Source: Candidatus Sumerlaeia bacterium (GTDB taxonomy: Bacteria; Sumerlaeota; Sumerlaeia; JABWBI01). From it: a DNA stretch of 57,133 bases. Every line of letters starts with the position of its first letter. The first letter of the stretch is position 1. This document shows, piece by piece, positions 38,298 through 45,957 of this stretch. A model generated the notes under the pieces. The model was not told the DNA's origin and did not search any database. It saw only the letters and a list, made by a program, of their open reading frames with translations. The translations under genes and the position numbers were made by a program. The stretch is taken from contig JABWBI010000001.1 of NCBI GenBank assembly GCA_013360565.1, positions 1 through 57,133 of the forward strand. Reading direction: 5' to 3'.

Positions 38298-39512
38298 ATG
38301 AATCCGTCCGGCCACAGAGCGAGCGGCGTCAGGAGGTGGGTTGCCCTTCTCTCATCGATGGTGATGTTGGCCTGCCTGGGCGGTGTCTATGCCTGGAGCG
38401 CATTCGTTCCGCCTCTCCGCGATCTCGGGGGGTTGACTGCGGCGCAGGCCCAGCTCGTCTTCGGGGTCGGCGTGCTGGCCTTCACCGTTGTCATGCTCGG
38501 CTCCGGTCCCGCCCAGGAGCGCTGGTCACCGCGCTGGGTGGCGCTCTTGGGAGGGTTTCTCTTCGGCCTGGGCTACTTGGTCGCATCCACATCGCGCGCT
38601 CAGTTCTCTGGGCTCCTGCTCGGCATCGGCGTGCTCTCCGGGGCCGGAATCGGGTGCGCCTACATCAGCGCGCTGGCGACGGCGATGAAGTGGTTCCCAA
38701 GCCATCGGGGAGCGGTGGCCGGCCTCACCGTGGCCGCGTTCGGGTCCGGCGCCATTCTCCTCGCCAATGGCGCCCAGGCGCTTTTCCACCGCGGCTTCGG
38801 AGTCCTCGAGGTGTTCCGGCTCGTTGGTCTCGGTTTCGGTCCCTTGACGATGCTCTGCGCGCTGCTTCTGTTTGCACCGCCCTCGGGGGAGACCGAGCCG
38901 GTTCATCGCTCCCTGTCTCTCCGCCGTGTCTTCGCCAGCCGTGACTGGCGCATCCTCTCCCTGGGCATCTTCTCCGGCACATTCGCGGGCCTCTTGGTCA
39001 TTGGCAATCTGAAGCCCATCGGCCTCGCCGGGGGCGTCGAGCCTGCCCATGCGCTGCACGCCATCACCGGATTCTCAGTCGGCAACGCCCTGGGCCGCCT
39101 GCTGTGGGGTTGGATCGTCGATCGCCTGGGTCGCGCCGCCATCTCACTGTCGCTCGCCTTTCTCACCGCGGCTGTTGCAGCTCTCGCGCTCCCGCAACTC
39201 GGTGCGCTGTTCCCGCTCATCGCCGCTCTCGTCGGGTTCGGCTTCGGATCCTGCTTCGTCGTCTACGCCGCCCAGGTCGCCGAGCGCTTCGGGGCCCGGG
39301 CGGTCGGCAAGGTCTACCCTCTCGTCTTCGTCTCCTACGGGATCTCGGGGCTCACCGCACCGTTCATCGGAGGATGGTTCTTTGATCTCTGGGGAACGTA
39401 TCTCCCGGCCATCCTCACCGCCGCCGCGATCACCGCCCTGGCCGCCCTGCTCTGCTGGAGGCTCGACGCGCCGGTGAAGGGGCTCGCCATTGACACAGCC
39501 GGCCGACAATGA
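38298..39512 (+). CDS. MFS transporter (oxalate/formate antiporter-like subfamily)
   Basis: 404 aa with 12 predicted TM segments. N-terminal LACLGGVYAWSAFVPPL is typical of OFA-type MFS proteins. Confidence 0.85.
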   Translation: MNPSGHRASGVRRWVALLSSMVMLACLGGVYAWSAFVPPLRDLGGLTAAQAQLVFGVGVLAFTVVMLGSGPAQERWSPRWVALLGGFLFGLGYLVASTSRAQFSGLLLGIGVLSGAGIGCAYISALATAMKWFPSHRGAVAGLTVAAFGSGAILLANGAQALFHRGFGVLEVFRLVGLGFGPLTMLCALLLFAPPSGETEPVHRSLSLRRVFASRDWRILSLGIFSGTFAGLLVIGNLKPIGLAGGVEPAHALHAITGFSVGNALGRLLWGWIVDRLGRAAISLSLAFLTAAVAALALPQLGALFPLIAALVGFGFGSCFVVYAAQVAERFGARAVGKVYPLVFVSYGISGLTAPFIGGWFFDLWGTYLPAILTAAAITALAALLCWRLDAPVKGLAIDTAGRQ

Positions 39513-39549
39513 GACAACCCCGCCGACCACGCCCACAGGAAACCTGAGC

Positions 39550-40953
39550 ATGACACCTCCCCTCTCCGTCGTCCTGATCGAGGGTGACGGCATCGGCCCT
39601 GAGATCGCCGCTGCCGTGAAGAAGGTCTTCGCCGCCGCCGAGATTCCCATCCAGTGGGTTCCCGCGCGCGCGGGCCTGACCTGCGTTCAGGACTATGGCA
39701 ACGGCTGCCCGCAGGAGACCCTCGACACCATCGCCCGCATCGGCGTCGCCCTCAAGGGGCCGACGACGACCCCCATCGGCGGCGGCCACAAGTCGGTCAA
39801 CGTGACCATCCGCAAGGCGCTCGACACCTATGCCAACGTCCGGCCTTCACGCTCGCTCCCCGGCGTCGAGACGCGCTTCTCGGGCGTCAATCTGCTCATC
39901 GTGCGTGAGAACATCGAAGACACCTACGGCGGCATCGAGCACATGCAGTCGCGCAACGTCGCGCAGTGCCTCCGCCTGATCACCCGCCCCGGCACGGAGA
40001 AGGTCTGCCGCTTCGCGTTCGAACTCGCGGTTCAGCAGAACCGCCGGCGCGTGACCTGCGTCCACAAAGCGAACATCATGAAGCTGACGGACGGCCTCTT
40101 CCTCGAGGTCTTTCGCGAGGTGGCGCACGACTACCCCGACATCCAGGCCGCCGACATCCTCGTCGACAATGTCTGCATGCAGCTCACCACGCACCCCGAG
40201 CAGTTCGATCTCCTCGTCCTGCCCAACCTCTTCGGCGACATCGTGAGCGACCTCGCCGCCGGGCTCGTCGGGGGGCTCGGCGTCGCGCCGGGGGGCAACA
40301 TCGGAGACAGATGCGCCGTCTTCGAGGCCGTGCACGGCTCCGCGCCCGACATCGCCGGACTGGGCCGGGCGAACCCGACTGCGATGCTGCTCTCCTCAGT
40401 GATGATGCTGCGCCACATGGGGCTGGCCCTCGACGCCGACCGCGTGGAGAAAGCACTCCGGCACACGCTCCAGACCGGCATCCGGACCGCGGATCTCGGA
40501 GGCAAGGCCACCACGATGGAGTTCACCGACGCCGTCTGCCGGGAGATCGAGACCGCGCCCGATCACGACCGCGCTGCCATCGCCCACCACCCCGCGCTTC
40601 CGACGATTCACATCAAGTCTCCGGTCTACATCCCCGCGCAGCGGAGAGAGACCGTCGGCTTCGACATCTTCATCCAATCCCAGGACCTGCCCGATCTGCC
40701 CCCCCAGGTGGGCCCCTTCCGCCTCACGATGATCTCCAACCGAGGCACGAAGGTCGGCCCTGGTGGCCAAGTGCCCGACATCTTGCTGATCGACATCCAC
40801 CGCTGCCGCTTCGAGGCCGATCACGGTGTCGATGACTCGGAGGTGACCAAAGCCATCGTCGAGCTCGACCAGAAGGGCTTCACCTGGGTCCACGTGGAAA
40901 AGCTCCGCGTCTACGATGGCAAGCCCGGATTCACCAAGGCCCAGGGACAGTGA
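39550..40953 (+). CDS. icd: Isocitrate/isopropylmalate dehydrogenase-family enzyme (NAD(P)-IDH-like) with a ~130-aa C-terminal extension
   Basis: ATG at 39550. Motifs IEGDGIGPEI, LKGPTTTP, NVRP, IVRENIEDTYGG, NLFGDIVSDLAAGLVGGLG, and HGSAPDIAG up to about residue 335. An extra domain follows (40552-40950). Confidence 0.88.
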   Translation: MTPPLSVVLIEGDGIGPEIAAAVKKVFAAAEIPIQWVPARAGLTCVQDYGNGCPQETLDTIARIGVALKGPTTTPIGGGHKSVNVTIRKALDTYANVRPSRSLPGVETRFSGVNLLIVRENIEDTYGGIEHMQSRNVAQCLRLITRPGTEKVCRFAFELAVQQNRRRVTCVHKANIMKLTDGLFLEVFREVAHDYPDIQAADILVDNVCMQLTTHPEQFDLLVLPNLFGDIVSDLAAGLVGGLGVAPGGNIGDRCAVFEAVHGSAPDIAGLGRANPTAMLLSSVMMLRHMGLALDADRVEKALRHTLQTGIRTADLGGKATTMEFTDAVCREIETAPDHDRAAIAHHPALPTIHIKSPVYIPAQRRETVGFDIFIQSQDLPDLPPQVGPFRLTMISNRGTKVGPGGQVPDILLIDIHRCRFEADHGVDDSEVTKAIVELDQKGFTWVHVEKLRVYDGKPGFTKAQGQ

Positions 40954-40981
40954 GCGCGCGGAGGATGTCGCTCACGCGCTC

Positions 40982-42814
40982 TCAGCGTGACAGAATCTGA
41001 ACGCCGTCTCCCCTCGCCGCGACACCTGGGAGGGTCACCGGTAACCGGCCGCGGATGGCAGTCTCTCCCGTGAGCGCCGCAGGGAGCGCCTCCGCCGAGG
41101 GACGCCCGTCGTCGTAGGTGAGGAGGACACACGGCGCCTCCGGAGTCGCCATTGCCAGGTAGGGACTCCCCAGAATGGCCAGAACGGCGGGGCGCCCCTG
41201 CCTCGAGATCTCGCGGATCAGAGCCAATTGATGGGGACCCAGGCCGACGCTGGCCCGATAACTCGCCGTTCGGACGAAAGCCGTGATGACCGTCACGTCA
41301 CTCTGCTCCGCCATCAGTTGGAGCCGGGCGAGGCGATCCGCCGTCACCCCCAGCCGCGACTGCAGTTCACCTGATGACAGGGACACGCTCCCCCCCGCCA
41401 GCCGCTGCGCGACTCCCAAGGTCGGGGCTTCGAAGACGACCTCGCTCGAAACGCTGGCGAACCGATGTTCGAAACCGTCCCTCAGTGCCTCCAGGTCGGC
41501 GAAGTCCCAGCCGGACCAGTCATCGTAGAGTGCCAGGTGAAGCAGGCCCGTCGTCTCCGAAGCGTTGATGGGCAAGACCCCGCTTTCGTCGCGGAGAAGC
41601 GTGACCGCGCGGCTGGCGACCCCCCGGGCGAAGCGGCGCGTGTCCTCGTCTCGAAGGATCGTGAACGCCGCCTGAGAATCGATCTGAGTGCCGGTGTGCA
41701 GCCCCAACGCAGCCTTCGCTCTCAGGACCCGCTCGGCGCTCTCTCTCAACCGGCGCCCGGAGATCACCCCCCTCGGAACGGCCCGGACGAGTGCATCGCG
41801 CGCGGCGGCATTGTCCGGACTGTCCAGGATCACGTCCGCCCCCGCCGCCAGCGCTGCGACTGCGGCCTCGCCCGGTTCCCAACGGCCGGTGATTCCCCGC
41901 ATGGTCATGGCATCGGTGATGACCAGTCCATCAAAACCCATCTCATCCCGGAGCAGAGCGGTGAGGACGTGCCGGCTCAGCGTCGCGGGGACTTCGTCCT
42001 CCCCCGGCATGATGGCGGGAAACCAGATGTGGCTGGTCATCACGGTCGCCACCCCGGCGCGGATCGCCGCCCGGAACGGCGGGAATTCCACCGCATCGAG
42101 GCGGGCTCGGGGCTGATCGACCACCGCGAGTTCAAGGTGGCTGTCCACCGCCGTGTCCCCGTGGCCAGGGAAGTGCTTGGCGCAGGCCATCACACCTCCG
42201 CCCTGGCATCCGGCGATGAAGGCCCGCGAGAAGGAGCGCACCGTTTCCACATCTTCGCCGTAGGACCGGATGTTGATGATCGGGTTCTCGGGATTGACGT
42301 TGACGTCGCAGATGGGAACCGACACCCAGTGCACGCCGCTGGCCCGGCACTCACGGGCGATGATCTGTCCAGCGATCCGTGCCGTGTTGGGGTCCCCCGT
42401 CGCGGCAAACGCCATCTGCCGGGGGAGCATGGCGCCCTCACTCCAGAATGTTCCCGCACCGCGTTCGAAGTTCACGTTGACGAGAAGTGGGACCTCGCTC
42501 GACGCCTGCAGAGTCTGGATGAGCTCCAAGGCATCCACCGCTCCCCGCACTCTCAGTGTGAAGGCCCCGACGCCGAGCTCGGTGACGAGCCGAAGGGCCT
42601 CGGCGCCCAGCTCATTGTGGGCTGTCGCCCCTGCCGGGATGGCCGGCATCAGGAGCTGACCCGCTTGTTCCTCCAGCGACATCGCGTCCAGCGTCCGGGC
42701 AACCCAAGCCTCTGCCCCGGGAGCCAAGCCAAACGAGGCGTCGACCGGAGACGGCCGTGCCTGGGCGAGGAGCAGGCCCGAGCCCAGAAGCGAGAGCGCC
42801 GCGCGCCGCGTCAC
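40982..42814 (-). CDS. Secreted glycoside hydrolase family 3 (NagZ-type beta-N-acetylhexosaminidase-like) with C-terminal domain
   Basis: GTG at 42814 overlaps the GH130 stop (GTGA). Signal peptide present. Motifs SLEEQAGQLLM, NVNFERGAG, CAKHFPGHGDTAVDSHLEL, VITDAMTM. Confidence 0.88.
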   Translation of the reverse strand: MTRRAALSLLGSGLLLAQARPSPVDASFGLAPGAEAWVARTLDAMSLEEQAGQLLMPAIPAGATAHNELGAEALRLVTELGVGAFTLRVRGAVDALELIQTLQASSEVPLLVNVNFERGAGTFWSEGAMLPRQMAFAATGDPNTARIAGQIIARECRASGVHWVSVPICDVNVNPENPIINIRSYGEDVETVRSFSRAFIAGCQGGGVMACAKHFPGHGDTAVDSHLELAVVDQPRARLDAVEFPPFRAAIRAGVATVMTSHIWFPAIMPGEDEVPATLSRHVLTALLRDEMGFDGLVITDAMTMRGITGRWEPGEAAVAALAAGADVILDSPDNAAARDALVRAVPRGVISGRRLRESAERVLRAKAALGLHTGTQIDSQAAFTILRDEDTRRFARGVASRAVTLLRDESGVLPINASETTGLLHLALYDDWSGWDFADLEALRDGFEHRFASVSSEVVFEAPTLGVAQRLAGGSVSLSSGELQSRLGVTADRLARLQLMAEQSDVTVITAFVRTASYRASVGLGPHQLALIREISRQGRPAVLAILGSPYLAMATPEAPCVLLTYDDGRPSAEALPAALTGETAIRGRLPVTLPGVAARGDGVQILSR

Positions 42815-43722
42815 ACACAGGCCGCCAGGAGATCATCGAGGGGAGCCGTTGCCAGACCGATGCAGGTGTCCGCGGCACCGTAGTACACGCGGACAGTGCC
42901 ATCGGGATCGACAACGGCCCCGTTGGAGAAGACGCAGTTGTTCACTTCACCGACCCGCTCGTAGCCTTCCGTGGGCGTCAAGATGGCGTGAGGACACTGT
43001 CCGACGACACGCCACGGCTCCTCCAGGTCGAGCAGAATCACCCCGAGGCGGTAGACAGGCGCGATGGCAATCCACACGCCGTGAATGATCACGAGCCAGC
43101 CCCGCCTGGTTTTGATCGGCGTCGGGCCGATGCCCCACTTGTTTCGCAGCCACGTCGCCGGGCGGATCACCACCGGCCGCGACTGCCCCCAGTGGATGAG
43201 ATCGGGCGAGAACGAGACGAACGTCACAGCGTCGCTTGCACCGTTCATGGGACGATCCAGGCGAGCGTAGAGACCACCGATCCTCTCGGGGAAGATCGCA
43301 CAGTTGCGGTTCCAGGGCTCGGTGATGAACCCGATGCGTTCAAAGCGGCGAAAATCCACCGTGCGCGCCAAGCCGATGCGGACCATCTCGCCGAAATCCT
43401 GGGCGCAGTAGGCAATCAGGTACTCACCGTCGAGCTCCGTGATGCGCGGATCGTACCGGTGATGCTCAAAAGGGCGCTCCGCCGGCGGCACATCGATCGC
43501 GATGGGCTCGGGCTCGACCGCGAAGTGGACCCCATCCGAGCTCCACGCACAGTGCAGGTCGTTGTCGCGCGAGGTGTACTCGACCCGGGGCAGAAGCAGC
43601 GTGCGCTCCCCCACTCTGGCCGCACCGGGGTTGTAGATGGCGTTGACGGGAACCGGCACGTCCCTCCATGTGAGGATCGGATTGCCCGGGTGGCGGACCA
43701 GCAGCTCGCGGCCTGGCGACAT
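42811..43722 (-). CDS. GH130-family glycosidase/phosphorylase (short DUF377-type)
   Basis: ATG at 43722 (the track TTG at 43737 is possible). Motifs NPILT, AIYNPGAA, YDPRITELDGEYLIAY, NRNCAIFPE, KWGIGPTPIKT..GWLVIIHGV, YRLGVILLDLEEP, VYYGAADTCIGLA. Confidence 0.85.
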   Translation of the reverse strand: MSPGRELLVRHPGNPILTWRDVPVPVNAIYNPGAARVGERTLLLPRVEYTSRDNDLHCAWSSDGVHFAVEPEPIAIDVPPAERPFEHHRYDPRITELDGEYLIAYCAQDFGEMVRIGLARTVDFRRFERIGFITEPWNRNCAIFPERIGGLYARLDRPMNGASDAVTFVSFSPDLIHWGQSRPVVIRPATWLRNKWGIGPTPIKTRRGWLVIIHGVWIAIAPVYRLGVILLDLEEPWRVVGQCPHAILTPTEGYERVGEVNNCVFSNGAVVDPDGTVRVYYGAADTCIGLATAPLDDLLAACV

Positions 43723-43824
43723 CGGAGCAGGCTCCAAGGAGGGGGATCGACTGCGTGGAGGGTGAAGCCGCCGCGGGAGACTTGCAAGCGTGACGCCGTG
43801 GCTGTCGCCCCTCGTCTCTGCCGA

Positions 43825-44406
43825 TCACTCCCGGAAGCGAACGATGTCTCCGTCGCTCATCGTCCCGTTCGTCGGATCGTAGGCCTGCAGCGGCGCCGGC
43901 CAGCCCTGGTTCATCATGTCTTCATCGCCGTCCAGTCCGAAGCTGAGGACACACCAGAGCGGGAGTCGCCTCAGCCGCTGACCATCGGAGATGCCGGGAA
44001 ACTCTGGGAAATAGTGGACCGCCCGGTGCGGCTCCGGTCGGACCCATCGGGAAGCACAGTGAGATAGTCAGGGCCCAGTGACTCAGGACACGGTGGTCGG
44101 CTGGACCGTATCCCGGTGGCGGCGTGGCCTGGCTGAAGAGATCCATCAGGGGAGCAGCGAGATAGGCCAGCGGCGTCGTGAGGGGCGAAGACGGGCGACG
44201 CCGGATCGACGGAGGGCGGGTACGCGTTGAGATCAATGCGGTAGGACTCGGCTGCCCCCGCGAAGGCTCTCATGTCGCTCTTGATGCGGCTGACCTTCGC
44301 GCGGGTCTGGGCAGCTGGGCAGGGTCACGGCGGCCAGGATGGCGAGAATCGCCACGACGATCAGGAGCTCGACGAGCGTGAAGCCGCGTGGCCCTGTTCC
44401 GGTCAA
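43825..44406 (-). pseudogene. Prepilin-type N-terminal methylation-domain (pseudopilin-like) gene broken by about three frame changes
   Basis: TTG at 44406 with GGGGAGGG upstream gives MTGTGPRGFTLVELLIVVAILAILAAVTLPS. Homologous sequence then continues in other phases: QTRAKVSRIKSDMRAFAGAAESYRIDLNAYPPSVDPASPVF, then PLTTPLAYLAAPLMDLFSQATPPPGYGP...LTISLCF, then RWVRPEPHRAVHYFPEF...QAYDPTNGTMSDGDIVRFRE-stop (TGA at 43825-43827). The order matches the paralog at 44410-44996. Confidence 0.7.
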
Positions 44407-44409
44407 GGG

Positions 44410-44996
44410 TCACACCCTCCCCGCACAGGGACTCTGCGTCGCCCCGCCGAACCGCACCGGATCTCCCTCGCTGGCAATGCCATTGGTGGGGTCGAAGATG
44501 ATGGGCAGCGCTCCGATGGCCGTGTTCCAGGCCGGCGGATACTCCAGGTGCTCGCCCTCGCCCGGAACCATGTCTGGTCCCCAGCAGACGAGGCACCACG
44601 CCCTGTGAGGCGGGTAGCCGGTGATCCTGATCCAGTCCTGCGGCTCGGCATGTAGCTGAAATACTGAAAAAGCCCCTCGGGGTTGTTTCCCATCCAGTTC
44701 GAGGCGCCGAGCGGGTCCCGTCTCGGGACAGACGTCAGGTATGCCACCGGCGTGGTGATCGACGAGCCGGGCATCTCCAGGGTCGCAATCAGGTACGACC
44801 AGTGCTGAATCGGCGGATACTGATTGAAGTCCACGGCGTATGCCTCCAAGCCGGCCGCCGCCGCCCGGAAATCGCTTCGCACCCGCGCGATCTTCGCCCT
44901 CAACTGGGCTTCCAGAGAGTTGGGCAGGGCGATGGCCGCCAAGATCGCGATCACGGCCACCAGAAGCTCGATCAGGGTGAATCCTCCTTGCCGCAC
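44410..44996 (-). pseudogene. Prepilin-type N-terminal methylation-domain (pseudopilin-like) gene with one frameshift
   Basis: GTG at 44996 (GAGGAGG upstream) gives (M)RQGGFTLIELLVAVIAILAAIALPN...ITTPVAYLTSVPRRDPLGASNWMGNNPEGLFQYFSY. The conserved C-terminus (HAEPQDWIRITGYPPHRAW...IFDPTNGIASEGDPVRFGG, stop at 44410) is in a different phase. The switch lies within about 44640-44672, next to a T5 run. Confidence 0.75.
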
Positions 44997-45246
44997 TTCC
45001 CGTCCTCCTCTCTCCGATCGCCGCCATGATCCTGCCTCCTGCAATGAGTGATGCGTTCAAGAGCTCCCAGAGTCCTGCGATGCCCGTCCCCGTTGCCGCG
45101 CCCTGGGGTGCCGTGCCGCCGCTTCCCGTCCATCCCGCCATCGGACCGGAGGCGGCCAGTACCGCCTGCGCTGTCTTCGACAGCGCGGCGACCGATGCGA
45201 TGAGCGAACTCATTCGCTTCATGGCCCTCGGTGAGGGACGCAGTGC

Positions 45247-45822
45247 CAGAGCCTGCCGCCTCAGCACTGGTTCCAGGGTCCCACGGAGTGCCCTGAGCGC
45301 GCGGGCGAGATGGCGGCTGACCGTCGCCTGATGCACTCCCAGCCGCTCGGCGATCTCCCGCTGCGAGAGGTCTTCGGAGTGGTGGAGCAGGATCACCTCC
45401 CGCTGCTCGGGCGGTAGATCGAGAATCGCCCGGCGCAGCGCTTCGCTCTCCTACTCAGCAGCCATGGCGTCACGCACCCCCAGGGACTTGGAATCAACTC
45501 TCTCCGCCGTCGCGTCGTCCAGAGGAACCAGCGGCAGCAGCCGTGATCCGCTCTGTCCGCGCCAAAGCCGGTCGATGGCCAAGTTGCGCGCCACGCGGGC
45601 AACCCACGGCCCGAACTGCGCCGGCTCCGCCAACTCCCCGAGGTGAAGATACGCCCGGAGGAACACCTCCTGCGCCAAGTCCTCAGCGATCTCGGGACTC
45701 CTCAGTCGAGCCAGGGCGATGAGGTAGACGAGACGGAAGTGCCTCTCCAGCAGCGCTTTGAACTTCGATTGGTCTCCCGCACGGACAGCTTCGATCAGGG
45801 CGGTGTCGGAAGGCGGACTCAT
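45247..45822 (-). pseudogene. ECF-type sigma-70 factor interrupted by an in-frame TAG between region 2 and region 4 (3' end undefined)
   Basis: ATG at 45822 with GGAG upstream. Region 2 reads LIEAVRAGDQSKFKALLERHFRLVYLIALARL...EDLAQEVFLRAYLHL...FGPWVARVARNLAIDRLW. TAG sits at 45451-45453. The same phase continues ESEALRRAILDLPPEQREVILLHHSEDLSQREIAERLGVHQATVSRHLARALRALR (region 4). Confidence 0.8.
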
Positions 45823-45957
45823 GCGAACTCCGGCTCAGGTGGGGCGACTGTACCCACCGACATTCACGCGCGTGCGTCTACTTTGATGCATGACGCCTCT
45901 TCAGACCCCCGCGAGCCCGCGTTGGTTGGCAGCGGAATTGCCCCGCTGCCCCGGACT

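Noticed and set aside
41465-44067. Plus-strand ORFs 41465..42883 and 42757..44067
   Set aside because: They are antisense to the GH3 and GH130 genes, which have strong family motifs.
45451-45453. The in-frame TAG in the ECF sigma gene as pyrrolysine or genetic-code reassignment
   Set aside because: Many other genes in the window terminate normally, no pyl genes are seen, and the neighbouring genes are frameshifted. A nonsense mutation or an error is the more parsimonious explanation.
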